The notes under the pieces: model-generated
Seen by the model: the letters and a program-made list of their open reading frames with translations, nothing else
Told to the model about the DNA's origin: nothing
Databases searched by the model: none
In this document: in pieces, positions 52,140-61,858 of the stretch
Layout: each line of letters starts with the position of its first letter
Position numbering within the stretch: the stretch's first letter is position 1
DNA from: Actinomycetota bacterium
GTDB lineage: Bacteria; Actinomycetota; AC-67
Assembly: GCA_046713235.1 (NCBI GenBank)
Contig: JBKKBZ010000047.1
Location: 1,828 to 65,827 of the forward strand
Reading direction: 5' to 3'
Length of the DNA stretch: 64,000 bases
Position numbers and translations under genes: made by a program

Positions 52140-53279
52140 TCAGCCCAATTGCTTGCGCCGCAGGATCCGAAGCGTCTTCGTCAACGCGGTGAACGACGAG
52201 AGCGCCTTCTGCGGCCGGCCCACGGCGGTGACGTTCTCGAACACCGCGTGGCGCAGGCCGGCCTGGACGTAAGCTTGCGTCTTGGCGGCGACCTCGTCGG
52301 GAGTTCCGTGAGGGAATAATGCGTGGACGACGTCCCACGGAACCTTGTCCATCGCCGAAAACACTTCATCGCGGGCATACCGCGTCGGCACGAAATCCAG
52401 AATGCCCTTGAAGTCCTCTCCGAACGGGTGGCTTCCCCCGACCTCACGCCATACCTCCGCATCGAAGATCAGCGCGCCGAGCCGCATTGCGGGGGTTTCC
52501 AGCGCTTGATGGCAGGTGTCGTGTGCAGCGTCGATCAGCACCGTCAGGACCATGCCGGGAGTGATGGACTCCGGATCCCGGCCGGCGGACTCGGCGGACG
52601 CCCGAATACGCGCCAGTGCCTTCGCATACCTCTCCGGAGAAAGAGAATGCGGCAGCCACCCGTCCGCATAACGCCCGCACACGTCGAGCATTTTCGGTCC
52701 CATCGCCGCGAGCCAGATCGGCGGCGGACGCTTGAGATACGGCCGCAGCGACATCGTCGCGCCCCGGAGACGAAAGAACTCACCTTCGAAGTCCACCGGA
52801 CCGCGTGCCGACCACAAGAGGCGGATTACCCTGAGCGCCTCCTCCGTGCGCGCAGCCGGACGGATCAGCTCGAGCCCATACGGCTCGGTATGCTCACGCT
52901 CGCCGGCCCCTAGGCCCAGGATGAAGCGGCCCTTCGTCGTGTGCTGCAGCGTCAGTGCGGCCCGCGCGATCCAAGCAGGCGTAAGCCGGAGCGGATCTAC
53001 TACCCCCACGCCGAGCGAGATCCGCTTCGTTCGCGCACCCACCGCGGCAATGGATACGAGGGGGTCGAAGAACTCGTCGGGGTCGCGCACGAGTCGTGCA
53101 GCAGGGGTGAACTCCTGAGACCACATCCCCGGCGGCACCAAGCCCATGAAATGATCGATGAACCAGTAGGAGTCGAAGCGGAGGCGGTCGGCGATCCGGC
53201 TCGTGATTCGCGTAATCGTGTGCGGGGGACGGGTTGGGTCCTGGACCCCGACACGAAGACGTCTCGGGTCTCGCCTCAT
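52140..53279 (-). CDS. LLM-class (luciferase-like) flavin/F420-dependent oxidoreductase
   Basis: FDSYWFIDHFMG, LGVGVV, LGLGAGEREHTEPYG blocks. The ATG overlaps the upstream aldehyde dehydrogenase stop (ATGA). Confidence 0.9.
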   Translation of the reverse strand: MRRDPRRLRVGVQDPTRPPHTITRITSRIADRLRFDSYWFIDHFMGLVPPGMWSQEFTPAARLVRDPDEFFDPLVSIAAVGARTKRISLGVGVVDPLRLTPAWIARAALTLQHTTKGRFILGLGAGEREHTEPYGLELIRPAARTEEALRVIRLLWSARGPVDFEGEFFRLRGATMSLRPYLKRPPPIWLAAMGPKMLDVCGRYADGWLPHSLSPERYAKALARIRASAESAGRDPESITPGMVLTVLIDAAHDTCHQALETPAMRLGALIFDAEVWREVGGSHPFGEDFKGILDFVPTRYARDEVFSAMDKVPWDVVHALFPHGTPDEVAAKTQAYVQAGLRHAVFENVTAVGRPQKALSSFTALTKTLRILRRKQLG

Positions 53280-54928
53280 CGCCTTCGTGCCCTTCCGGTC
53301 CTGCGCACTCTCCCCAAGAGCTGCTTGAACTCATCTCGCTCCGCGAGGCTCGCACGCAGACGTTCCGTCTTTGTCGGCGAATACAGCGCCCGAAGCAAAG
53401 CCCGGAGGCCGCCGAGCAAGCGCGCGTCGTAGGGATGCCACCACGCCACCGGAATCTTGCCCGAGTCCACCGAGAGCAGGCGTGGGTGAACGTTCTCGTA
53501 CAGGCCGAATTTCGAATGGGTTACGCCGACTCCCGATCGCTTTGCGCCGCCCCACGGGAGCTGCATCGCCGCGAACGAGTACATATGGTCGTTGATCCAC
53601 ACGCTCCCGGCCTCCAGCGACGAGGCAAGAACCTTGGCGCGATCGACATCGCGGCTCCACACCGAGGCGCCGAGCCCGTACTCCGAATCATTGGCGAGCG
53701 TCACGGCGTCGCGCTCATCGTCGAAGGGCATGATTGGGATCACGGGTCCGAAGGTTTCCTCCTGCATCAGCGTCATTGAGTGGTCGACGTCCGTGACCAC
53801 GGCCGGTGCGTACCACTTGCCCGGCAGGCCAACGTCTATCGGGCCCCCCGTATGCCGCTTCGCGCCGCGCTCGAGCGCATCATCGACCTGGGCACACACG
53901 ACGTCGTATTGGCGCTCGTCGGTGAAGGGACCCACCTGTGTAGCCGGGTCCAGCGGATCGCCCGGCGTGAGTCCGGCTGCCAGCTCGCAGACCCGGTCGA
54001 GGAACTCGTCGTGCACCGTTCGAGACACGTACACGCGCTCGATCCCGGCGCATGTCTGCCCACAGTTCGCGATGCCGCCCCAGACGATTCCACGAGCCGC
54101 CCTGTCGACATCGGCATCAGCACACACGATGGCTGCGTCCTTGCCGCCCAGCTCGAGCACGCAAGGCTTCATCGTCTCCGCGCATGCCGTGGCCACAGCG
54201 CGTCCCACCGCGACCGATCCGGTGAAAAAGATCTTCGCGATCCCCGGATGCCGACACATGGCCGAACCGGTCTCAGCGTCACCGTGAACGACCGTAAAGA
54301 GTCCCTCCGGAAGACCGGCCGAATCGAAAGCTCGCCGGAGAAGCTCGGCGATCAAGGGCGTGAGCGGCGCCGGCTTCAGCACGACGGCGTTTCCGGAGAC
54401 GAGTGACGCAGCTACCTCTCCGGCCGGTGTGGACAACGGATAGTTCCACGGCGTGATGATGCCGACGACTCCGAGCGGCGTGTAGTCGATGTAGTGGCGC
54501 TTATGCTTGAGGTATAGCTGAGGGGACGGTACTCGCTCGCGTGCAAGGGTATCGGGACCGAGCCGCGACAGAATGTGGAGCATGTCGACCACCGGCACGA
54601 GCTCCATTGCGTAGGACTCGACGATGGTCTTGCCGTTCTCTTTGGTGAGCATCTCTGCGTACGAGCTGTGGTTATCGAGGATGTGGTCGGAGGCACGGGA
54701 GAGGATCCGGGCCCGCTCGCGGATCGGGACATGCGCCCAGCGACGCTGCGCCTCGGCAGCAGCCCCGACGATGCCGTCGAGCGCGGACGGCAGCGTCACC
54801 GTGACCCGGCCGAGCTCCTCATGGGTCGCGGGGTTGATCGAGATGATCTCCTCGATCTTTGGCTTCCGGGTCCGGGCAGGACGTTTGCCGATCTCCTCCG
54901 CCGGACTCGTCTTTCTGGTCTTCGCCAT
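53276..54928 (-). CDS. aldehyde dehydrogenase family protein
   Basis: FTGSVAVGRAV, catalytic Glu in VLELGGKDA, catalytic Cys in NCGQTCAGIERVYV, and EETFGPVIPI. Confidence 0.95.
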   Translation of the reverse strand: MAKTRKTSPAEEIGKRPARTRKPKIEEIISINPATHEELGRVTVTLPSALDGIVGAAAEAQRRWAHVPIRERARILSRASDHILDNHSSYAEMLTKENGKTIVESYAMELVPVVDMLHILSRLGPDTLARERVPSPQLYLKHKRHYIDYTPLGVVGIITPWNYPLSTPAGEVAASLVSGNAVVLKPAPLTPLIAELLRRAFDSAGLPEGLFTVVHGDAETGSAMCRHPGIAKIFFTGSVAVGRAVATACAETMKPCVLELGGKDAAIVCADADVDRAARGIVWGGIANCGQTCAGIERVYVSRTVHDEFLDRVCELAAGLTPGDPLDPATQVGPFTDERQYDVVCAQVDDALERGAKRHTGGPIDVGLPGKWYAPAVVTDVDHSMTLMQEETFGPVIPIMPFDDERDAVTLANDSEYGLGASVWSRDVDRAKVLASSLEAGSVWINDHMYSFAAMQLPWGGAKRSGVGVTHSKFGLYENVHPRLLSVDSGKIPVAWWHPYDARLLGGLRALLRALYSPTKTERLRASLAERDEFKQLLGRVRRTGRARRR

Positions 54929-54963
54929 CGCCGATACTCCTTCCCTCTCGCACCGCGGTGAAC

Positions 54964-55797
54964 CTATTTGGACCGCGCACGGTCGCGCAGCCGCTCGAGT
55001 GTGTCCCGGTCGGTCGTGTTGGACCCGATCTCTCCGCCGTGTTCGTTTCCGTGCCAGTCGCTCGATCCGGTCGCAATGAGATCCAGCCGCTTCGCCAGCA
55101 CTGCGAATCGCTCGCGTGCAGCCGGATCATGATCGGGATGGTTCACTTCGATCCCCCCGAGCCCGGACTCGGCCATCTCTTCGATTGCCGGCGTGGGATC
55201 GGGGTGATCGGTCTCGAGCCAGATGGGGTGCGCGACGACTGCGGTGCCGCCGGCCTCCCGGATGATCTCTACGGCTTGCACCGGCGTCAGGGCATGGCGC
55301 TCCACGTAGGCACGTCCCCGGTTCGCGATCCATTCGGCGGTGAATGCGGCGGTCGTGCTCGGCACGGCGCCGAGCTCGACCATTGCCTGCGCGATATGCG
55401 GCCTGCCGATGCTCTGTCCTTGTGCGATCTCGCGCACACGCTCGAACGTAACCGCAACTCCCAGCTCGTTCAGCCGGGCGATCATCGCCAGCGCTCGCTC
55501 GACCCGGTCGTCCCGCAGCAGCCGTAGCTCTCGCCGAAACCGTGGATGATCCCGGTCGAAGAAGTAGCCGAGGATGTGGACCGATGCTCCGGCGCGCGTC
55601 GTCGACATCTCCACACCACAGAGAACCTCGATGCCCAGCGATCGCCCGGCCGACTCCGCCTCCCCGAACCCTTCGTACGTGTCGTGGTCCGTGAGCGCGA
55701 AGCCTTCCAAGCCGGCATCGTGGGCGATCTTCGCTGCCTCCGCCGGCGAATAGGCACCGTCGGACCGGTTGGAGTGAACGTGCAGGTCGAACCCCAT
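54964..55797 (-). CDS. PHP-domain metal-dependent phosphoesterase
   Basis: FDLHVHSNRSDGAYSP, TDHDT, VVAHP, GIEVNHPDH and SDWHG are the PHP His/Asp metal-ligand motifs. Confidence 0.85.
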   Translation of the reverse strand: MGFDLHVHSNRSDGAYSPAEAAKIAHDAGLEGFALTDHDTYEGFGEAESAGRSLGIEVLCGVEMSTTRAGASVHILGYFFDRDHPRFRRELRLLRDDRVERALAMIARLNELGVAVTFERVREIAQGQSIGRPHIAQAMVELGAVPSTTAAFTAEWIANRGRAYVERHALTPVQAVEIIREAGGTAVVAHPIWLETDHPDPTPAIEEMAESGLGGIEVNHPDHDPAARERFAVLAKRLDLIATGSSDWHGNEHGGEIGSNTTDRDTLERLRDRARSK

Positions 55798-56952
55798 CTA
55801 CGTGAAGGCGCTGATGCCGGTGAGGTGGCGGCCGATGATCAGCTTCTGAATCTGGCTCGTTCCTTCATACAGCGTGGTTACGCGCGCGTCGCGCAGGTAT
55901 TTTCCGACGGGATATTCGTCGATGTACCCGTACCCGCCGTGCACCTGGATCGCGAGGTTGGCGCATTTGACGGCGGTCTCGCTCGCATGGAGCTTTGCCA
56001 TCGAGGCCTCCAGCGAATTGCGCACGCCCTTGTCCTTCAGGAAGGCCGCGCGCCAGACGAGCAATCGCGCGGCCTCGATCTCGACGGCCATCTCGGACAG
56101 CATCTCCTGCACGAGCTGGAATCCCGCGATCGGGCGGCCGAACTGCTCCCGCTGCTTCGCGTAGGCCAGCGAGGCGTCGAGACAGGCCTGCGCGAGGCCC
56201 ACACAGGACGCACCGAGTCCGACCCGACCGTTGTCGAGAGCGGACAGCGCCACCTTTATGCCGTCACCGATCCCTCCGAGCATCGCATCGGCGGGGACGC
56301 GAACGTTTTCGAGCACGAGCTCCGCCGTCGATGATGCGCGCAACCCGAGCTTTCCGTGAATCTCGTTCGCCGTGAAGCCGGGGGCATCGGTCGGCACGAG
56401 AAACGCCGTGATTCCCTTCGCGCCGGCCCCGGCCTGGGTTTGCGCCATGACGAGCGCGAGCCCGGCCACCGTACCGTTGGTGATGAACATCTTGGTGCCG
56501 TTCAAGATCCAGGAATCCCCATCGCGCCGGGCACTCGATCGCAGCGATGCCGCGTCCGAACCCGCCTCGGGCTCGGTGAGCCCGAAGCAGCCCAGAGAGT
56601 CCCCGGCGGCAAGGGGCGGGAGCCACCGCCGGCGCTGCTCTTCGGTTCCCCATTTCAGGATCGAGAGTCCGACCAGGGAGCAGTTCACGCTCACGATGCT
56701 GCGCACGGAAGAATCGGCTCGCGCAAGCTCCTCGAGCACCAGCGCGTACGACACCGCGTCGAGTCCCATCCCGCCGTACTCCTCGGGAATCGGAGCGCCT
56801 AGAAACCCGAGCGGTTTCATCTTCTCGAGGACCTCACGCGGAAACCGCTCGTCGCGGTCGTTGTCGCGAGCGACCGGGACGATCTCGCGCTCGGCGAACT
56901 CGCGGGTCGTCTTACGAATTAGCTCCTGCTCTGGAGTCAGGTCGAAGTCCAC
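55798..56952 (-). CDS. acyl-CoA dehydrogenase
   Basis: FDLTPEQELIRKTTREFAEREI, GCFGLTEPEAGSDA, WILNGTKMFITNG, QVHGGYGYIDEYPVGKYLRDARVTTLYEGTSQIQ. Start at GTG 56952. Confidence 0.95.
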   Translation of the reverse strand: MDFDLTPEQELIRKTTREFAEREIVPVARDNDRDERFPREVLEKMKPLGFLGAPIPEEYGGMGLDAVSYALVLEELARADSSVRSIVSVNCSLVGLSILKWGTEEQRRRWLPPLAAGDSLGCFGLTEPEAGSDAASLRSSARRDGDSWILNGTKMFITNGTVAGLALVMAQTQAGAGAKGITAFLVPTDAPGFTANEIHGKLGLRASSTAELVLENVRVPADAMLGGIGDGIKVALSALDNGRVGLGASCVGLAQACLDASLAYAKQREQFGRPIAGFQLVQEMLSEMAVEIEAARLLVWRAAFLKDKGVRNSLEASMAKLHASETAVKCANLAIQVHGGYGYIDEYPVGKYLRDARVTTLYEGTSQIQKLIIGRHLTGISAFT

Positions 56953-57008
56953 AATCGCTCCCGGTTCTGGCGGACGGCGGGCCGGCGCCGATAGGCTACC
57001 GCACCTGT

Positions 57009-58466
57009 ATGGACCCCTTCCTCCGCGACTTGTGCGAGCGTGCGCTCGATGTCGCACGAACCGCCGGAGCCTCCTATGCGGACGCCCGCTATCTGGCCGA
57101 AGAATGGGAGTCGATCGACGTCCAGGACCAGACCGTCCAGGGAATCGATCGGGGCGTCACCTCCGGCATCGGCATCCGCGTGATCGCCGGCGGCGCGTGG
57201 GGCTTTGCCGGAACGGCTCGTCTCGAGCCCCACGAGATCGAGCGCGCCGCGCGACTCGCGGTGGACATTGCCCGCTCAGGCGCGGGCCTGCTCCGCACCC
57301 CGGTTCGCCTTGCAGAAGAGCCTCCTCGGGAGACGGCGTGGTCGAGCACGGTGATCGAGGACCCATTTGCCGTTTCGCTCGACGACAAGCTCGGCCTCCT
57401 GTTCGAGGCCACCGCGATCATGCGAGGCGTGGAGGGGCTGGCGATCGCGGAAGCATCGATCGATCTCTGGCGCCGGACGTCAATTCTGACCACCAGCGAG
57501 GGCAGCCGTATCTCACAAACGATCACGCAGTCCGGCGCGGGGATACGCGCCCTTGCGATCAACGAGCGCGAGATCCAGCAGCGCTCGTATCCGAACTCGT
57601 TCCGCGGGCACTTTGCCTGTAGCGGGTACGAGCACATCAGGGCCATGGACCTGACCGGCAACGCCGCGAGGATCGCCGGGGAGGCGGTCGCCCTGCTCTC
57701 TGCACCCGAATGCCCGTCGACGGAAACAACGCTGGTCTTGGACGCGCCGCAGATTGCCCTTCAGGTGCATGAGTCGATCGGACACCCGCTCGAACTCGAC
57801 CGGGTTCTCGGGATGGAAGCTGCCTACGCCGGCACGTCGTTCGTGTCACCCAAGGACCGGGGGCACCTGCGCTACGGGTCGGACCACATCACGATCACCG
57901 CCGATGCCACACTTGAGGGAGCACTCGGCTCGTTCGGCTACGACGACGAAGGTGTCGAAGCCCGGCGCGAAACGCTCATCGAGGATGGGATCTTCCACCG
58001 CTTCATCACCTCGCGGGAGACGGCGCCGCAGATCGGCGAGGACCGTTCAAACGGGACGATGCGCGCGTCGGGCTGGGACGTCATTCCCCTGATTCGCATG
58101 ACCAACATCAACCTCGAGCCGGGCGCGTCCTCGCTCGACGAGATGGTCTCCACGACTGACGATGGGATCTTCATGAGCACGAACCTTTCGTGGTCGATCG
58201 ACGACAAGCGGGTGAATTTCCAGTTCGGAACCGAGATCGCGTGGGAGATCAAGAAGGGACGGCTCGGAAGGATGCTGCGAAACCCTAACTACGCCGGGCG
58301 CACGGTAGATTTTTGGTCCTCGTGCGATGCCGTCGGCGGCCCGGCGGAGTGGGGCGCATGGGGAACGCCAAACTGCGGCAAAGGCCAGCCCGGCCAGACC
58401 GCTCGCGTCGGGCACGGAACGGCGCCCGCGCGATTCCGAAACGTGCGCGTAGGGGTCCGGGGATGA
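57009..58466 (+). CDS. tldD: TldD-family metalloprotease
   Basis: HESIGHPLELDR (HExxxH) and the conserved C-terminal GTPNCGKGQP block. About 485 aa. Confidence 0.9.
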   Translation: MDPFLRDLCERALDVARTAGASYADARYLAEEWESIDVQDQTVQGIDRGVTSGIGIRVIAGGAWGFAGTARLEPHEIERAARLAVDIARSGAGLLRTPVRLAEEPPRETAWSSTVIEDPFAVSLDDKLGLLFEATAIMRGVEGLAIAEASIDLWRRTSILTTSEGSRISQTITQSGAGIRALAINEREIQQRSYPNSFRGHFACSGYEHIRAMDLTGNAARIAGEAVALLSAPECPSTETTLVLDAPQIALQVHESIGHPLELDRVLGMEAAYAGTSFVSPKDRGHLRYGSDHITITADATLEGALGSFGYDDEGVEARRETLIEDGIFHRFITSRETAPQIGEDRSNGTMRASGWDVIPLIRMTNINLEPGASSLDEMVSTTDDGIFMSTNLSWSIDDKRVNFQFGTEIAWEIKKGRLGRMLRNPNYAGRTVDFWSSCDAVGGPAEWGAWGTPNCGKGQPGQTARVGHGTAPARFRNVRVGVRG

Positions 58467-59806
58467 CCCGGCTCGGGCGCGACCGGATGCTGGAGATCGT
58501 GCAGCCGGCTCTGGCCGTGCAGGCCGACGGTATCCACGTGCTCGGGTTCCATTCCTGGGGTGGTCTTACACGGTTCGCCTCCTCCGAGATCCATCAGAAC
58601 ACCTGGCGGGAAGACGTTGAGATCAGGGTCATGGCCGTTCTCGCCGGCGGACGCACAGGAGTCGCCTCGACGCATGCCGCGAACGGGGAGGCGGTGCGCA
58701 AGGCGGCGCAGGACGCCGTCGCGATCGCCCGGGTGTGTCCGCCGAGTCCCGCGTTTCCCGGTCTCGCGGAGCCTCAAGAGATTCCGGGGAAGGACGGCTA
58801 CGATGAGGAGACTGCCCAGGCAGGCCCATCCGATCGCGCGGCCGTAGTTCGACGGCTCCTGGCGGGCCTGGCCGGCGACATGGCCGGAGCGGGATTCAGT
58901 GAGACCGTGGCCGATGAAGTGCTGGTTGCAAACAGCAACGGCGTGAGCGCATATGCCGCCACCACACGTGCCGGGGTCTCGCTCATGGCGATCGCCCCAG
59001 ATTCGACCGGCATCTCCGAGGTGCTGACCCGGCGCGTTGGGGATCTGGATCTGGAGCGCATCGCTTCCCGAGCCATCGGCAAAGCCGAACACGGACGTGA
59101 CCCTCAGCCTCTCGCTCCCGGTTCCTACACCGTCGTCTTAGAGCCGGCGGCCTCCTCCACGCTCATGCAGTTTCTTGCCTGGATCGGATTCGGCGCGAAG
59201 GCGTTCCTGGAGGATCGCTCGTTCCTGAGCGATCGCATGGGCGAGCGTGTCTGCTCGGAGCTGGTCACGATCGTGGACGATCCGCTGGCACCGGAATCTC
59301 TGGGGCTGCCGTTCGATTTCGAGGGCACGCCGGCGCGCCGTATCGCCCTCATCGAGCGGGGCGTCGCCAAGAGCGTCGTCTGGGACCGCACGACGGCGAA
59401 GCAAGCCGGCCTGTCGTCCACCGGGCATGCGCTTCCTCCTCCCAACCCGGAGGGGCCGTTTCCCTTGAATCTCCTCATGGAGCCCGGCGAGCGCTCGCTC
59501 GAGGACCTGATCGCCTCGACCGAGCGGGGCTTGCTCGTCACGCGGTTCCACTACTCGAACATCGTTAACGAGAAGGAGACGGTGCTCACCGGGATGACGC
59601 GCGATGGCACGTTTCTTATCGAGGACGGAAAGCTCGCCCGGCCCGTCATGAACTTGCGTTACACGCAGAACGCGCTGGAAGCGCTGTCCAACGTGGAGGC
59701 CGTCGGCGATACGACGGAAATCTCGACGGAGCTGTTCTTCGGCGGCTCGCGCGCGCCCGCACTGAAGATCAGAGACTTCAAGTTCAGCTCCGCCACGACA
59801 CATTAA
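58463..59806 (+). CDS. pmbA: PmbA/TldE-family protein (TldD partner)
   Basis: The ATG overlaps the tldD stop (ATGA). TldD/PmbA fold blocks GLLVTRFHYSN and FGGS at the C-terminus. No HExxxH motif, as expected for TldE. Confidence 0.85.
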   Translation: MTRLGRDRMLEIVQPALAVQADGIHVLGFHSWGGLTRFASSEIHQNTWREDVEIRVMAVLAGGRTGVASTHAANGEAVRKAAQDAVAIARVCPPSPAFPGLAEPQEIPGKDGYDEETAQAGPSDRAAVVRRLLAGLAGDMAGAGFSETVADEVLVANSNGVSAYAATTRAGVSLMAIAPDSTGISEVLTRRVGDLDLERIASRAIGKAEHGRDPQPLAPGSYTVVLEPAASSTLMQFLAWIGFGAKAFLEDRSFLSDRMGERVCSELVTIVDDPLAPESLGLPFDFEGTPARRIALIERGVAKSVVWDRTTAKQAGLSSTGHALPPPNPEGPFPLNLLMEPGERSLEDLIASTERGLLVTRFHYSNIVNEKETVLTGMTRDGTFLIEDGKLARPVMNLRYTQNALEALSNVEAVGDTTEISTELFFGGSRAPALKIRDFKFSSATTH

Positions 59807-59836
59807 ATCCGGCGCAAGGACAATCGACCAGACCGA

Positions 59837-60520
59837 TCAGTCCCGAACCAGGCGGTCGATGCGGTCCAGCGTGGCCGGGAGATCGTCGAGCGTGTGGATG
59901 GCCGCGTCGGGGACCGCGACCTGTTCGGGAGTCGGCGCGTCGGGCGCTTCGTTGCGCAAGATCCACACCGTTCTAAACCCGAGGCGCTTCGCGGGAACGA
60001 GGTCGCGGTCGAGGCGATCTCCGACCATCACGGCTACCTCCGGACGGCAGCCGGCAAGGTCCAGCGCCGCGCGAAAGATTCGCTCGTCGGGCTTCTCTGC
60101 CCCGATCTCCGACGAGATCGCCCAATGCTCGATCCAATCCGAGATGCCGGCGGAGGCCGCGCGATCACGCACCCACGAGTCGTTGTTCGTGATTGCGGCC
60201 ATCCGATATCGCCGCGCGAGATCGCGCAGCACGCCAAAGACCTCGGGGAAGAGATCCTCGGCCCGGTAGCCGATGCGCTCCCAGGCGGCATCGGCTTGCC
60301 GCCGCACCGCTGTGTGCTCCGCGCCGTCGACAAACGCTGCCAGAAGTCCCTCGGTGAAACCGCGCGATTGCTCCGACCGGAGACCGGCAAGCTCGGCATC
60401 GAACCTCTCTCGTGTGAGGTGTGGCGCCCGTATCTCAATCGCCTCGAACAGCGAGGTGAAGTACGACGCGTCGCTGAAGAGCGGCCCGCCCACGTCCAGA
60501 AACACCCACTGGATCGCCAC
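59837..60520 (-). CDS. HAD-superfamily hydrolase (motif I atypical: DVGG)
   Basis: VFLDVGGPL (motif I, second Asp missing), AITNN (motif II region), MVGDRLDRD (motif IV). Confidence 0.8.
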   Translation of the reverse strand: MAIQWVFLDVGGPLFSDASYFTSLFEAIEIRAPHLTRERFDAELAGLRSEQSRGFTEGLLAAFVDGAEHTAVRRQADAAWERIGYRAEDLFPEVFGVLRDLARRYRMAAITNNDSWVRDRAASAGISDWIEHWAISSEIGAEKPDERIFRAALDLAGCRPEVAVMVGDRLDRDLVPAKRLGFRTVWILRNEAPDAPTPEQVAVPDAAIHTLDDLPATLDRIDRLVRD

Positions 60521-60551
60521 CGCCCGTTCATCATAATGGTACGCTCGTCCG

Positions 60552-60995
60552 GTGAGCGCATCGGGACCGAGCTGCGCAGCAGGCGCAATCGTGCTGCACG
60601 ACGGGGCGCTCCTGCTCGTGCGCCGGGACCGCGAACCCGCGCGCGGTCAGTGGTCGTTGCCGGGCGGGCGTGTCAAGCTCGGCGAGACTCTTGCCGAAGC
60701 GGCCGTGCGCGAGGTGCGCGAGGAGACCGGGATCGATATCGACATCGACGGACTGATCGGCATCGCCGAGCGCATCATCCGCGACGACGACGGAGGCATC
60801 GAGCACCACTACGTCATCGTGGACTTCACCGCGAACCCTAGAACGACGGAGGTCACCGCGGGCGACGACGCGGCGGAGGCACGGTGGGTGCCGGTTGACG
60901 ATCTCGGGCAGCTCACGCTCACTGCGGGGCTCATCGAATTTCTGTCCGAGCAGGGCATCCTCCGCAGGGCGGGACGGCTGGGCGCACGACGCTAG
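60552..60995 (+). CDS. NUDIX hydrolase
   Basis: Complete Nudix box GGRVKLGETLAEAAVREVREETGI. Confidence 0.9.
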   Translation: MSASGPSCAAGAIVLHDGALLLVRRDREPARGQWSLPGGRVKLGETLAEAAVREVREETGIDIDIDGLIGIAERIIRDDDGGIEHHYVIVDFTANPRTTEVTAGDDAAEARWVPVDDLGQLTLTAGLIEFLSEQGILRRAGRLGARR

Positions 60996-61051
60996 ATCGG
61001 TAACCAACCACGCGGGGCGGCTATAATCGCGCGCCGACAGGGAGGCGAGCA

Positions 61052-61846
61052 GTGGCGCGAACGATCTTGCCGGTGAAAGTGCACGACTTTCGGATAGTCG
61101 ATGCCGTTCTAGGTGAGAGCGACCCCGACGCCGCCAACGTGGTGTACATCGGTACCGGCGGCACGTTGTCTTACCCATTCGTCGTGGCCCGGAGGGTATC
61201 GGGTCCCGGCGGCTGGTACGTGGACACGTGTCAGATCCTCGCCGCCGGCCGCTTCCCGGTGGACGAGTGGGACCGCAAGTTCGAGCTTGAAGCCGAGTCC
61301 ATCGATCACTGGGTTACCGATGTACGCCGTCACATCGCCTTGGCGGGTCCGGGACCTTACACGCTGCGATACTCCGTGTACGGCGAGCAGGTCGTCGACG
61401 TCGAGTTCGAGGTGGTGGCCCACGACCCGCCGTACGTCGGCATCGTGGCCGGTCCGGTCGATGCTGCGCTCAAGAAGAGCACGATCGCCTGGCTGGAGGT
61501 GCCGCAGAAGCGCGGAAAACCGGTGACCGAACCGATCTGGTACGGCTACGAAGGCGGGATCGTCTATGTGCTCGCGGGGCCGAAGGAACAAGATATCACC
61601 GGGCTCGACTCCGCCAGTCATGTGATCCTGCACGTACGCTCGAAAGACAAACAGTCTCACGTGGGCGTCACGGACTGTTCGATTCGCAAGCTCCCCAAGG
61701 GCCCGAATTGGGAGCGGCTTGCGCGCGATCTTCTGGTCGGCCGGCGATTGAATCTCGCCGACGGCGAGAAGGGCGTCGACCGGTGGCGCAAGAACTGCGA
61801 AATCTACGCGCTGACCCCGATCCCGCCGGAGCAAGGCACGGGGTAA
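61052..61846 (+). CDS. hypothetical protein (two-domain; C-terminal half possibly PNPOx/split-barrel-like)
   Basis: GTG at 61052 with GGGAGG 6 nt upstream. Coding-like codon bias. No confident motif. Confidence 0.55.
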   Translation: MARTILPVKVHDFRIVDAVLGESDPDAANVVYIGTGGTLSYPFVVARRVSGPGGWYVDTCQILAAGRFPVDEWDRKFELEAESIDHWVTDVRRHIALAGPGPYTLRYSVYGEQVVDVEFEVVAHDPPYVGIVAGPVDAALKKSTIAWLEVPQKRGKPVTEPIWYGYEGGIVYVLAGPKEQDITGLDSASHVILHVRSKDKQSHVGVTDCSIRKLPKGPNWERLARDLLVGRRLNLADGEKGVDRWRKNCEIYALTPIPPEQGTG

Positions 61847-61858
61847 CCCGCCGCGCTC